A stretch of DNA of 64,000 nt from Firmicutes bacterium ADurb.Bin248. Its GTDB lineage: Bacteria > Bacillota > Clostridia > Christensenellales > CAG-138. The notes beneath the pieces are model-generated. The model searched no databases, was not told where the DNA came from, and was given only the letters and a program-made list of their open reading frames with translations. A program made the position numbers and the translations under genes. Shown piece by piece: positions 1-9,720 of this stretch. Numbering within the stretch: the first letter of the stretch is position 1; each line of letters begins with the position of its first letter. Location of the stretch: NCBI GenBank assembly GCA_002069725.1, contig MWBW01000001.1:56583-120582 (forward strand). The letters run 5' to 3'.

Positions 1-242
1 CCACGGAACAGGAAGCGCGAGAAAACGGAAACGATCTGCGTTCCCGCGCCGCATTTGTAGGCGACCTCCGCGATCATCATGTGCAAGAGCCAGCTTGCGG
101 CGAACGCCGCCGCGAGTATGAGCAGCGCGAGCCACACGCCGTTCTTCGCCGCGAGGTAGGGCATGGCGAGCACGCCGCCGCCGATGCCGTAGCCGGTGAT
201 GATGCACGCAGCCTCCCAGACAGTCAGTCGCTTCTTATTCAT
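1..242 (-). CDS. Amino-acid permease-like membrane protein, N-terminal part (runs off window)
   Basis: ATG at 242..240. Translation MNKKRLTVWEAACIITGYGIGGGVLAMPYLAAKNGVWLALLILAAAF... is a hydrophobic N-terminus of Trp/Tyr-type permease style. The ORF is open to the window edge and absent from the ORF track. Confidence 0.55.
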   Translation of the reverse strand, partial: MNKKRLTVWEAACIITGYGIGGGVLAMPYLAAKNGVWLALLILAAAFAASWLLHMMIAEVAYKCGAGTQIVSVFSRFLFR

Positions 243-347
243 AAGAACCGCCTTCGCAATATGATTTACTTTGTAGAAGTGGAACGTCGGGATTATTATA
301 ATACGAAAGCGCAGCGAATGCACGAAAAAGAGCCGCGCCCGCGCGTT

Positions 348-1616
348 TCAGGCGCTTTGCGCCCGGCCGGCCTGCTTTGAGATGCGCGCCGCGCGCAGCG
401 CCACCGGAACCTCCGCCGCGAGTATGCACAGGTTCAGAACAAACGGCAGCATCCTGTCGGATTGGGAGAGGAGCCCCGAGATCCAGCCGACCGGCATGCT
501 GATGAGCAGCACCAGCGCCGCGATCAGGCTGTTGACGCGCGCCCGCTCCCGCGCGGGGATCGCGACCGAGAGCATGGATTCCAACAGAGGGCTCAGTATC
601 GCCAGCGCGAACGCCTCGCACAGCGCCGAGAAAAAAACCGCGGCAAGCGCCGCCGCGCCGAACCCCTGGCACAGCAGCAGCGCGGCGAGCCCCGCGGCCT
701 GCGCGCCGAGGCCGGAGAGCAGCGGATTCCGCGCCGCGTGCAGCCGGATGCGCGGCGTGATGAGGAGATAGACAACCATGGTGATCGCCGCCTTCACGAG
801 AGGAAACAGCGAGAACGTCGAGGCGCTGACTCCGTACGCGCCCGTCACGAACAACGGCCAGAACGTCGCCTGCACGGTGTTGAAGCAGTTCATCAGGGCC
901 ATGAGCGCCACATACGGCCAGAGGCGGGCCTCCCTGAACGCGGTGATCAACGCGTCTTTTCCGCCGAAGGCCAGGGAAAACAGCGACCGCCCCCGGCAGG
1001 CGTTCATGCGGCGCAGGCCGATCGCGCTCTCGCGCAGCAGGCGGTAATGCAGCACATACTTCGCGCCCATCACCGCCGCGCTGGCGAGATACACCACGCG
1101 CATGGTCGGCACCAGCGAAAAACGGTCTATGCACAGGCCGAGCAGCGGCAGGAGGAATCCCGCGACCAGGCCGATCAGGCTCAGTATCGTATAGACGTGC
1201 ACGAGCTTTTCCGAATCGCCGTTCTCGACGATCAGGCAGCTGAAGCAGTTGCCTGAAACACGCCACATGCTGTTGAAAACGACCGCGATCATGAAATGCG
1301 CATATCCCTGGGCCATTCCCCAGAGCACGCACGGTATGGTCCAGCTCAGAAGGCCGAAAACCAGTATGGTCCGGCGCCTGCCCAGCTTGTCGACGATCGC
1401 GCCCGAAAAGACCGCCCAAACGAGCTGCACCGCGAGCCCCACGCTCGCGAGCGCGCCGATCTGCGCATCCCCAAGGCCTATGGCAGCCATATAGACGGAG
1501 GCGTAGGGGGCAAAAAAATAGTACGGAAGCGACCAGAGCGGTTCCGTCACGACGCATGCGCGCTGGTTTCCCCGAAGCGCGCGCGCCGTCTGCCATAAAG
1601 GATGGGACGCTTTCAT
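348..1616 (-). CDS. MFS transporter
   Basis: 422 aa with multiple TM segments and a DKLGRRR loop motif. RBS GAGGAG lies 8 nt upstream of the ATG. Confidence 0.8.
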   Translation of the reverse strand: MKASHPLWQTARALRGNQRACVVTEPLWSLPYYFFAPYASVYMAAIGLGDAQIGALASVGLAVQLVWAVFSGAIVDKLGRRRTILVFGLLSWTIPCVLWGMAQGYAHFMIAVVFNSMWRVSGNCFSCLIVENGDSEKLVHVYTILSLIGLVAGFLLPLLGLCIDRFSLVPTMRVVYLASAAVMGAKYVLHYRLLRESAIGLRRMNACRGRSLFSLAFGGKDALITAFREARLWPYVALMALMNCFNTVQATFWPLFVTGAYGVSASTFSLFPLVKAAITMVVYLLITPRIRLHAARNPLLSGLGAQAAGLAALLLCQGFGAAALAAVFFSALCEAFALAILSPLLESMLSVAIPARERARVNSLIAALVLLISMPVGWISGLLSQSDRMLPFVLNLCILAAEVPVALRAARISKQAGRAQSA

Positions 1617-1930
1617 ATGAAATGCTCCTCGCGCTTGTTAGCGGGCATCAACTCCTTTTTCGAATGCTTCGCCGGCTGCTCCCGGCGGGATAATAGAGCC
1701 TGATGTTTTGCGGCGCATATACGTATCACTTTCTCCGAACCGGCGGTGCGGCTGGTGGTTAGGATGATTATATGACGGACGAGGCGTATGGGCAACAGGG
1801 ACTTATCACCGGCTCGCAAAAGCCCCCGCGCCGGGCGGGGGCCTGTGTGATGAACCGATTCCTGCAATTCAACTTCGCGTTTCCTGCATTTCGCGGGGGC
1901 CGCAATTCCGGCTGCGATCCGGCGCGCGGC

Positions 1931-2146
1931 TCAACGGCCGGCGCGGCGCAGCGTTTCCGGGCAGCAGTACGCGCAGCCGCAGGCGTGGCCGTAGCCCTTC
2001 TCCTCGGCGACGGATACGGCCTTGCGCGGGTCGGCAAACAAACCGACGTAGTCCTTGTGCGCGGCGCCCTTCATCGACGGGCACCATGAGGCGTGCACTT
2101 CGGTCCGGCTTTGCGCCGCATCCCTGTCGATATAATAGTGTTTCAT
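1931..2146 (-). CDS. Small Cys/His-rich hypothetical protein (71 aa, internal Met start)
   Basis: MKHYYIDRDAAQSRTEVHASWCPS...GYGHACGCAYCCPE. RBS GGAAAGG precedes the ATG at 2146; the upstream part of the track ORF lacks an RBS. Confidence 0.4.
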   Translation of the reverse strand: MKHYYIDRDAAQSRTEVHASWCPSMKGAAHKDYVGLFADPRKAVSVAEEKGYGHACGCAYCCPETLRRAGR

Positions 2147-2338
2147 ACGCCAACCTTTCCGCGCCCTTCCGGCGCTAAAAATTTCGAACCCTTTACGGGA
2201 GAGGCGGCGCGCGCCGCCCGGATGCATTTCGCGTCCGATCGCGCTGCATAACCGTTTGGACGCCCTTGCTCCGGAAATCCGAGAAACCGGCCGCGCGGAG
2301 CGGCGTTCCCCGGGAAGATTTCATCATGTTAACACGTA

Positions 2339-2379
2339 AAAATGAAATATGCAATAGTAAATACTGCATATTTCATTTT
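2339..2379. promoter_or_regulatory. Perfect 15-bp inverted repeat (probable GntR-type operator) next to a TATAAT box
   Basis: AAAATGAAATATGCA-N11-TGCATATTTCATTTT with centre AGTAAATACT (GT..AC core). TATAAT at 2386-2391. Sits in an AT-rich island upstream of the GntR gene. Confidence 0.45.
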
Positions 2380-2540
2380 GTTGTCTATAATATATGTGCA
2401 TGGCGCGCGCGTATGCCATCGTTTTCGGAGAAAACCGCCGAATTGCATGAAGCGCGCGGCGAAGCGCGATGTTTACAGGGGCGCTTTGGCTATGTTATAT
2501 TTGAATCGATATTTCTATTTGTTCATGGAAGGGGTGGCCG

Positions 2541-3224
2541 ATGACGACGCAAATGGATATCGGAGACATACTCCTGCTCAAGGACAGGGTCTACAACACC
2601 ATCAAGACGCAGATCATGATGGGCCGCTACAAGCCCGGGGATAAGCTCAACATCGTGGACATCGCCGCGCACATGAACATCAGCTGCGCGCCGGTGCGCG
2701 AGGCGCTGAGCATGCTCAGCCGGGACGGCCTTGTGAACCTGCCGCCGCATAAGAAGCCCGTCGTGACGGAGCCGAACGCCGAGGACTGGAGCGTGAGCAT
2801 GGAGATCCGGCAGATGCTCGAGCCCTACAGCGCGCGCCTGTCGGCCCCGAACGTGCCCAAGGAGGACATCGAGGAGGTGCGCCGCGAGCAGTTGCGCGTG
2901 CTCGCCGACCCGGACGACGCGGAGGCCTACATCGATTCCGACATGGCGCTGCACAGGCTCCTGTACGAATACGCGGAGTCGGCGCTGCTCGGCGAGGTGC
3001 TGAGCATGGTCAAGACCTACAATCTTCGCGTGCGCTACGTCATAGAACGCGCGCTCGCCGACGCGCCGGAGGAGAGGCGGGCGGTCCGCATCGCCTCCAC
3101 GCGCGAGCACATCGCCATACTCGACGCGCTCGAGCGCCGCGATCCCGACCTCGCCTGCAACGCCGTGTACGAGCACATCACCAGCTGCATCTCGCGCGAG
3201 GCGAAATACCACCGCTGCGAGTGA
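2541..3224 (+). CDS. GntR family transcriptional regulator (FadR/FCD-type C-terminal domain)
   Basis: N-terminal wHTH (GDKLNIVDIAAHMNISCAPVREALSMLSRDGLV) followed by a helical C-terminal domain. Confidence 0.85.
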   Translation: MTTQMDIGDILLLKDRVYNTIKTQIMMGRYKPGDKLNIVDIAAHMNISCAPVREALSMLSRDGLVNLPPHKKPVVTEPNAEDWSVSMEIRQMLEPYSARLSAPNVPKEDIEEVRREQLRVLADPDDAEAYIDSDMALHRLLYEYAESALLGEVLSMVKTYNLRVRYVIERALADAPEERRAVRIASTREHIAILDALERRDPDLACNAVYEHITSCISREAKYHRCE

Positions 3225-3312
3225 ATGATTGGCGAGTAGCAATTCAGCGGAAACAGACGCCCTTCGCTTTCATTGCGAGGGGCGCCTTTCAATCGTTCAT
3301 TTCTTTGCGCGC

Positions 3313-4134
3313 TTATTTCTCGAAGTACGCGATCATGACCGTGCCGGGGCCGGCGTGGGTGCCCACGACGCTGCCCACGTCGCTTACGGGCCCCGTGAGG
3401 CCGAGCGTGTCCATGAACAGAGCGAGCCTCTCCTGTCCGCCCGCGGAGCAGGCGAAGGCGACGGGCTGCCTGGCGTCGATGGGGAACTGCTCGAAGACGA
3501 GCATGCGCATTTTCGAAAGCGCGTCGCGTTCGCCGCGCGCCTTGAGTATGGGCTTGACCGCGCCGTCCTCGATCATGAGCACGGGCTTTATGTTGAGCAT
3601 GCCGCCGACGTAGCCGGAAACCTTGCCGAGCCTGCCGCCCTTGACGAGGTTGTGCAGCGTGTCCACCACGCCGATCAGGCGCGAACGCGCGGCGAGCGCC
3701 TCTATGGCCGCAGTGATGTCCGCCGCGCGGCTGCCCTCGCGGGCCATCCACGCTGCGCGGCGCACGAGCAGGCCCAGCGCGGCGCAGACGGTGCGCGTAT
3801 CCACGAGATAGATGTCATCCCGCCCGGAGGCCTCCTTTGCGAGCACGGCGGACTGGTAGGTGCCGCTGAGAATCGAGGAGAGCGTGAGCACGACGAGCTC
3901 CTCGTTCGGGTGCGCGTCGAACACGGCCGCGAAGTCGCCCGGACTGAGCAGCGAGGTCGTGGGCAGTTCCGGCGCGGCGGCGAGCTTTTCGTAAAACTCC
4001 TCGTTGGTGATCTCGCGCTTGTCGAGGTATGATTCCTCTCCGAAATTCACGCTCAGGCTCAGCATCTCGATGTTGAGTTCGTTCGCCTGCGCGAGGGTCA
4101 GGTCGCAGGTGCTGTCTGCGATAATCAGAGCCAT
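3313..4134 (-). CDS. DegV family fatty-acid-binding protein
   Basis: MALIIADSTCDL..., TSLLSPGDF, SGTYQSA and GTHAGPG motifs. RBS AGGAGA. Confidence 0.9.
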   Translation of the reverse strand: MALIIADSTCDLTLAQANELNIEMLSLSVNFGEESYLDKREITNEEFYEKLAAAPELPTTSLLSPGDFAAVFDAHPNEELVVLTLSSILSGTYQSAVLAKEASGRDDIYLVDTRTVCAALGLLVRRAAWMAREGSRAADITAAIEALAARSRLIGVVDTLHNLVKGGRLGKVSGYVGGMLNIKPVLMIEDGAVKPILKARGERDALSKMRMLVFEQFPIDARQPVAFACSAGGQERLALFMDTLGLTGPVSDVGSVVGTHAGPGTVMIAYFEK

Positions 4135-4144
4135 ATACAGTCTC

Positions 4145-4618
4145 CTATCCTTCTTTGATCAGATTTTGAAAAAATCCGTCGAGCGTGGCGACGCTCGCCG
4201 TGAGCGCGGCGAGCTCCGCGTCGCCGAGCGCGTCCATGATGCCGCCGATCATGCGCCTGTGGAATTCCTCGTGCACCGCGAGCGCGTCAAGTCCGGCCGG
4301 GGTCGGGCGGATGGTCACCACGCGCCTGTCCTTCTCGTCCCCGCCGCGGGCGAGATAGCCCTTCCTTACGAGCACGTTGACCGCCGTGGTCAGCGCGCCT
4401 ACGGAAATGCCCATGCGCGCGGCGATCTGGCTCATGGTGTTGAGCCCCTTTTTGCACATTTCGTGCGCGGCCTCGAGCGTGTGCAACTCCTTGACCGAGA
4501 GGTTCGCGAGCCCGGCGGCGCGCAGGCTTCTTTCCTCCCACGCGAGTATGCTGTTGAATGTGCGCACGAAGAAGTGGTTGAGCGTTTCAAAGGACTCTCC
4601 GCGCGTCATAAACGTCAA
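4145..4618 (-). CDS. MarR family transcriptional regulator
   Basis: 157 aa with wHTH (MSQIAARMGISVGALTTAVNVLVRKGYLAR..DEKDRRVV). RBS AAGGAG. Sits 10 nt upstream of degV, so probably one operon. Confidence 0.85.
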   Translation of the reverse strand: MTFMTRGESFETLNHFFVRTFNSILAWEERSLRAAGLANLSVKELHTLEAAHEMCKKGLNTMSQIAARMGISVGALTTAVNVLVRKGYLARGGDEKDRRVVTIRPTPAGLDALAVHEEFHRRMIGGIMDALGDAELAALTASVATLDGFFQNLIKEG

Positions 4619-4850
4619 CTCCTTTTAACATAAAATAATTTTATAATAAAAGGATATTAGCACGACCACGCATAGATGTCAACGGGAAGCGCCGCCGCGC
4701 CGCGAGGAAATCCGAACCAAAAGGAACGGCTTTGATTTTGCCTGCGCGCAATCCCGTATGATTGACAGCGTCTGATCAAAGCGATAAACTGATATTCGGG
4801 GCTGAAAAGCCCGTTTCTTACGAAGGCATACGACGGAGGCATATAGAAGA

Positions 4851-5981
4851 ATGGACGGCGTTTCCCCTTCCGCCCGCACATGGGCGGAAATCGATCTCGC
4901 AAACCTGCTGCACAATTTCAACCTCGCCAAAGCCTGCGGCAAAAAGGTCATGTGCGTCATCAAGGCGGACGCATACGGCCACGGCGCGGTGCGCTGCGGG
5001 CGCTATCTCGAGGATCACGGCGCGGACGCGTTCGCGGTCGCCTGCCTCGCGGAGGCCGCGGAGCTTCGGGAGGGCGGCATCACGAGGCCCGTACTCATAC
5101 TCGGCTACACCGCCGCGCAATACGCGGGGCTCCTCGCGCGATACAACGTCGCGCAGACGCTTGTCGACGAGAGCCACGCCCTCGAGATGAGCGGGGCTGC
5201 GTCGGCCGCCGGCGTCGCGCTCGAATGCCATATCAAGCTCGATACCGGCATGAGCCGCGCGGGGCTGTACGCCCAGGGCAAAGAGGCCGCGTTTGAGGCG
5301 GCGCTTGCCGCGGAGCGCATGATGAAGCTGCCCGGCATCCGCGTGACGGGCATGTATACCCATTTCGCCGTCGCGGACACGCCGGGCGAGGACGATTACA
5401 CGGCCTGGCAGCTCGAAAACTATAACATCGTGCTCGACGAGCTGACGAAAAAGGGCCTTCGCCCCGAAACCTGCCACACGTCGAACAGCGCGTGCATCAT
5501 GAGCCACCCGGAAACCGTCGTCGACATGGTGCGCGAGGGCATCATGCTCTACGGGCTGTATCCCGACAGCGCGCCGCAAGAGGGGCCGCTAAAGTCCGTT
5601 ATGACGCTCAAAACCCGCGTATCGCAGGTGAAGGATTTCCCCGCGGGCACGACCGTCAGCTACGGCCGCACGTTCAGGGGAGGCGGGCCGTTTACAACCG
5701 CCGTGCTGCTCGCGGGCTACGCGGACGGGTATCCGCGGCGGCTCTCGAACAGCGCGAGCGTTGTCATCAACGGCAAAAAATACCCGCAGGCCGGGCGCAT
5801 CTGCATGGATATGTCGATGGCGCTTGTGGATAAAAGCGAGGTCGCGCGCGGCGACGCGGCGACGCTCATCGGCGGGGACTCGATTAGTTGGGAGCAGGCC
5901 GCGCAAATCGTCGGCACGATCAACTACGAACTGACCTGCCTTGTGACCGCGCGCGCCGAGCGGGTCTACGTCAACGGCTGA
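4851..5981 (+). CDS. alr: Alanine racemase
   Basis: VIKADAYGHGA PLP-lysine motif; 376 aa of typical Alr length and C-terminal beta domain. Confidence 0.9.
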   Translation: MDGVSPSARTWAEIDLANLLHNFNLAKACGKKVMCVIKADAYGHGAVRCGRYLEDHGADAFAVACLAEAAELREGGITRPVLILGYTAAQYAGLLARYNVAQTLVDESHALEMSGAASAAGVALECHIKLDTGMSRAGLYAQGKEAAFEAALAAERMMKLPGIRVTGMYTHFAVADTPGEDDYTAWQLENYNIVLDELTKKGLRPETCHTSNSACIMSHPETVVDMVREGIMLYGLYPDSAPQEGPLKSVMTLKTRVSQVKDFPAGTTVSYGRTFRGGGPFTTAVLLAGYADGYPRRLSNSASVVINGKKYPQAGRICMDMSMALVDKSEVARGDAATLIGGDSISWEQAAQIVGTINYELTCLVTARAERVYVNG

Positions 5982-6014
5982 AGGCCGAAACCGGGATCGG
6001 GGGAGGAGGAGCGT

Positions 6015-6944
6015 ATGTGGTATTGGTGGGCGCTGGGCGGCATACTCCTCGCCGCGCTGGCGACGGCGCTCGCGTCCTGGCGGCTCTCCTCACTCGTACT
6101 GCTCCCGAGGCGCGAGGGGTATGACGAGGCCGTCCGAAAGGAGATCGAGCGCGGCTACCTCGCGCCCGGCGAGCTCGAGACGCTGCGCCCCGAGCCGGGG
6201 GAGCTCAAGGCGTTCGACGGCACAACGCTTCGTTATTTCCGGCTTTGCTGCGGGAGGCCTACGGATAAAATCTGCGTGCTCGCGCACGGCTTCGGCAACC
6301 GCAAGGAGCACGTCGTGCGCTACGCCAGGCTCTACCTTGCGCGCGGGTACGACTGCCTGATCTACGACCAGCGCAATTGCGGCGATTCGGGCGGCGCATA
6401 CACCACGATGGGCCATCTCGAGCGGCGCGACCTGCGCGCGATGCTGCGTCTCGCGCGGGAGATGGACTCCCCGCAAAGAAAGGCCGTCGTCGGCGCGCAC
6501 GGGGAATCCCTCGGCGCGGCAACGGCGCTGCTGGCCGCGTGCACGGACGAAGCGCCGGATTTCGTCGTGGCGGACTGCCCGTTCGCGGATCTGAGCGAGC
6601 AGCTCGCCTACAACGTCACGAGCCTCAAGCGCCTGCCGGCGTATCCTTTCGCACCGCTCGCGTGTTTGTTTATGCGGCTTCGCGCGGGCTATCGGGCCTT
6701 CGACGTGTCGCCGTTGCGCGACATCGAGGTGGCGGACGGCCTGTCCGGCGTGCCCGTGCTTTTCATACACGGCGAGGCGGATACGCTGATCCCGTGCGCG
6801 GCGTCGAAGCGGCTGTATGAAGCCAAGCGCGGCATAAAGGGCCTGGCGCTTTTCCCCGGCGCGGAGCACGGCAGGAGCCTCGCCTCGGACCCGGAGCGCT
6901 ACGCGCGGGTGCTCAACGCGTTTCTCAATCAATGCGGCTATTAA
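6015..6944 (+). CDS. Alpha/beta hydrolase, membrane anchored
   Basis: N-terminal TM helix, HGFG oxyanion motif, GESLGA nucleophile elbow, and a C-terminal HG...D/H. Confidence 0.8.
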   Translation: MWYWWALGGILLAALATALASWRLSSLVLLPRREGYDEAVRKEIERGYLAPGELETLRPEPGELKAFDGTTLRYFRLCCGRPTDKICVLAHGFGNRKEHVVRYARLYLARGYDCLIYDQRNCGDSGGAYTTMGHLERRDLRAMLRLAREMDSPQRKAVVGAHGESLGAATALLAACTDEAPDFVVADCPFADLSEQLAYNVTSLKRLPAYPFAPLACLFMRLRAGYRAFDVSPLRDIEVADGLSGVPVLFIHGEADTLIPCAASKRLYEAKRGIKGLALFPGAEHGRSLASDPERYARVLNAFLNQCGY

Positions 6945-6961
6945 ACAAGGAGGATCTGTTT

Positions 6962-7768
6962 ATGAAAAAGCTGTTCATCAGCGCGGACATCGAGGGCACT
7001 TCCGGCATCGTCCACTGGAACGAGACGGATAAGGACAAGCCCCACGACTACGACTATTTTGCGGACCAGATGACGCGCGAAGTCGCGGCCGCCTGCGAGG
7101 GCGCGTTCGCCGCGGGCGCCGTGGAGGTGCTCGTCAAGGACGCGCACGACTCCGGGCGGAACATCGACCCCAGGAGGCTGCCCGAGTACGCGCGCGTGTT
7201 TCGCGGCTGGGCAAGGCATCCGTTCTCCATGATGTACGGGCTCGACGAGAGCTTCGACGGCGTCGTGTTCACGGGCTACCACAGCGCCGCGCAGATGAAC
7301 GGCAACCCGCTCTCCCACACGATGAACACGACCAACAACTACGTCAAGCTCAACGGCGAGCTGATGAGCGAGCTGATGCTCAACTGCCTCACGGCGAGCT
7401 ATGTGGGCGTGCCGGTCTACTGCGCGTGCGGCGACCGCGGCCTTTGCGACTGGCTGCAGAGCGTCAACCCGAACATCGCGGTCGTGGCGGTTTCCGAGGG
7501 CACGGGCAGCGGGTCGCTGGGCATGCACCCGGACGTCGCCGTGCGCGCCATACGCGAGGCGGTCCAAAGATCGATCGAATCCCGTTCGAAGGAAGAATGC
7601 ATGTTCCCGATGCCGGAGCGCTTCCATCTCGAGATCAACTTCAAGGAGCACATGAAGGCGCTCGGCGGCAGCTTCTATCCCGGCATGAAGCAGACCGGCG
7701 CGCGCGTGGTCGAGTTCGAGACGGACAACTGGTTCGAGGCGCTCAGGATGATGCACTTCGTGCTGTGA
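6962..7768 (+). CDS. dppA: D-aminopeptidase DppA (peptidase M55)
   Basis: MKKLFISADIEGTSGIV... M55 signature. RBS AAGGAGG precedes the ATG at 6962, an internal Met of the track ORF. Confidence 0.85.
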   Translation: MKKLFISADIEGTSGIVHWNETDKDKPHDYDYFADQMTREVAAACEGAFAAGAVEVLVKDAHDSGRNIDPRRLPEYARVFRGWARHPFSMMYGLDESFDGVVFTGYHSAAQMNGNPLSHTMNTTNNYVKLNGELMSELMLNCLTASYVGVPVYCACGDRGLCDWLQSVNPNIAVVAVSEGTGSGSLGMHPDVAVRAIREAVQRSIESRSKEECMFPMPERFHLEINFKEHMKALGGSFYPGMKQTGARVVEFETDNWFEALRMMHFVL

Positions 7769-7773
7769 CGGGA

Positions 7774-7957
7774 CAATTGACAATCATATTTGATTCGTGC
7801 GGTCTTCGCTTGAACGGCGAAGGCCGCTTTCCTTTCGCCGCAAGGTCGGATGGGATACGTCCGCCGTCCGCTTCCGCCGCGGCGGGTTTACGTCGCCGCA
7901 TAAGCGGGCTTCCGCTTTTAAAACGGAAGCCGCCCGAATTTTTACGATTGTCAATTG
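7774..7957. repeat. Family-A heptamer heads in inverted orientation flanking about 160 bp (MITE-like unit)
   Basis: CAATTGACAATC at 7774-7785 and GATTGTCAATTG at 7946-7957 are reverse complements. The interior has hairpin GCTTCCGCTTTTAAAACGGAAGC. Confidence 0.6.
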
Positions 7958-8109
7958 CCCTGCGGCGGGCATTTCTCCTTGCCGGATTTGGCCTTGCCCT
8001 GTATCTCGGGCACGGGCTCGTCGATGTTCTTGTTGAAATGCTGCTTGCGGTCGCTTTGCGTCCCGTGCGGCTCGCTCGGGTCGGGCCGCCTCATGCCGGG
8101 CTTTGGCAT
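7951..8109 (-). CDS. Small basic hydrophilic protein (52 aa), composition like minor SASPs
   Basis: MPKPGMRRPDPSEPHGTQSDRKQHFNKNIDEPVPEIQGKAKSGKEKCPPQGN. RBS GAGGAGG lies 5 nt upstream. Below the track size cut-off. The stop codon lies inside a family-A head. Confidence 0.5.
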   Translation of the reverse strand: MPKPGMRRPDPSEPHGTQSDRKQHFNKNIDEPVPEIQGKAKSGKEKCPPQGN

Positions 8110-8119
8110 ACTGTCCTCC

Positions 8120-8254
8120 TCATACGTCGTTGTTTTTTATGGAGTGCTTTTTGGCGTTCCGGTTCTGGTTCTGGTTTTCGCGGCCGATGGGCGTCTGGCC
8201 GCGGCACTTCTCCATGCTTTTCTTCTTGTTGTCGATCTGGCTGTCCTTGGGCAA
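8120..8254 (-). CDS. Small basic hydrophilic protein (44 aa, TTG start)
   Basis: (M)PKDSQIDNKKKSMEKCRGQTPIGRENQNQNRNAKKHSIKNNDV. RBS GGAGGTGA lies upstream. Its stop overlaps the RBS of the next small gene. Confidence 0.4.
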   Translation of the reverse strand: MPKDSQIDNKKKSMEKCRGQTPIGRENQNQNRNAKKHSIKNNDV

Positions 8255-8697
8255 GCGCGTCACCTCCTTCGGCTTAGTATCCGCGCGAACGCGCCCGGTA
8301 TCCGCGCTTCCGCAGGAAAAGACCGGCGAACGCGCATCACGTCCGCGGCGGCGGTTCGGCCGAACGGTTTGCGAACGGCGCGCCGGATATTGTTGTCGAA
8401 TTCTGTATGGTTTTAATCCTGCGGAGCGCGGAGAACGTCAAAAAGAGCATCCTTGAGCAAAAATTAGGTAAAAAAATCAAATATCATGAAAAATAACGAA
8501 AAAATCCTGTTAAAAAAACTATCATTTTTTGGAGAATATGGTATTATATAGGACGCCCGTAGTTTTTTGCGGCCCTTGGACCGGCGGATTTTCCGAGCAT
8601 GCAATTCGGGTTCGCGGCGCGGCGTCGTTTTTTAAGCCGGATAAGCGCCGAATATAAAAACGCGCTTGATCGATACATCAACCTTTGGAGGTGCGGT

Positions 8698-9720
8698 ATG
8701 CCCAAGTCGGCCAACCAGAAGCTCAAGCTCCTGTACATGGCGCGGATACTCCTCACGAAAACCGACGAAGCGCACCCGATGCCGCTCGAGCAGATCAAGC
8801 GGGAGCTTTCCGCCTGCGGCGTGGAGGCGGAGCGCAAGAGCCTTTACGACGACATGGAGGCGCTTCGTACCTTCGGCATCGACGTGCAGATGGTGCGCGA
8901 CCCCAAGGCGCGCTATTTCGTCGCCGAGCGGGAGTTTGAGCTGCCGGAACTGAAGCTGCTCGTGGACAGCGTGCAGTCCAGCCGGTTTTTGACGCAGAAG
9001 AAGACCTGCGCGCTCATCAAAAAGCTCGAGAAGCTGTGCAGCCATTACGAGGCGCAGCTCATGCGAAGGCAGGTCTACGTCGCCGACCGCGTCAAGACCA
9101 TGAACGAGAGCATCTTCTACAATGTGGATTGCATCCATTCCGCCATCGCCGGGGACCGGATGGTCTCTTTTAAATACTTCGAGTTCGACGCGGATAAGAA
9201 AAAGCGGTACCGCCACGGAGGCGGCCGCTATTGCGTGAGCCCTTTCGCGCTCATGCTCTCGAACGAAACCTATTACCTGCTCGCCTACGACGCAGCGGCG
9301 GAGCTCATCAAGCATTACCGCGTGGACAAGATGGATTCCATACAGCTTCTCGAAGCGCCGCGCCAGGGCGGCGAGGCGTTCGCCGAGATGGATGTCGCCT
9401 CCTACGCCAAGCACACCTTCGGCATGTTCGGCGGCGAGCGGCAGCGCGCCACGCTCGAGTTCTCGGACAAGCTTGCGGGCGTTGTGATCGACCGCTTCGG
9501 CAAGGACGTACCCTTCATCCCCGCGGGCGAAGGGCGCTTTTGCATCCATGCGGACGTGACGGTGAGCCCGCAGTTTTACGCCTGGATGTTCGCTCTGGGC
9601 CCCGACGCGCGCATCGCCGCGCCCGGCGAGGTCGCCGCGGGCATGGCCGCGCAGCTCGGGCGCGTCGCGGCGCTCTACTCTGAAACAGGAGGACGGATAC
9701 ATGAAACGGAGCGCGGATAA
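8698..9720 (+). CDS. WYL-domain transcriptional regulator (HTH + WYL)
   Basis: Starts MPKSANQKLKLLYMARILL with RBS GGAGGTG. Central block ...YYLLAYD....IKHYRVDKM is WYL-like. Confidence 0.8.
   Translation: MPKSANQKLKLLYMARILLTKTDEAHPMPLEQIKRELSACGVEAERKSLYDDMEALRTFGIDVQMVRDPKARYFVAEREFELPELKLLVDSVQSSRFLTQKKTCALIKKLEKLCSHYEAQLMRRQVYVADRVKTMNESIFYNVDCIHSAIAGDRMVSFKYFEFDADKKKRYRHGGGRYCVSPFALMLSNETYYLLAYDAAAELIKHYRVDKMDSIQLLEAPRQGGEAFAEMDVASYAKHTFGMFGGERQRATLEFSDKLAGVVIDRFGKDVPFIPAGEGRFCIHADVTVSPQFYAWMFALGPDARIAAPGEVAAGMAAQLGRVAALYSETGGRIHETERG

Noticed and set aside
235-1596. Long antisense or out-of-frame ORFs with R/A/G/P-rich translations. Examples: 235..1596, 10376..11839, 14171..15901, 17918..19249, 21751..23469, 22064..23476, 24443..25930, 27980..29515, 30862..32292, 32674..34200, 34265..35710, 35844..37583, 45346..47154, 46899..48545, 48079..49716, 51814..53388, 54741..56150, 57573..58580, 58601..59599 and 61051..62415.
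   Set aside because: Each overlaps a gene with clear family motifs on the other strand or frame. Their arginine/alanine/glycine-rich composition and lack of RBSs are typical shadow ORFs of about 65% GC DNA.
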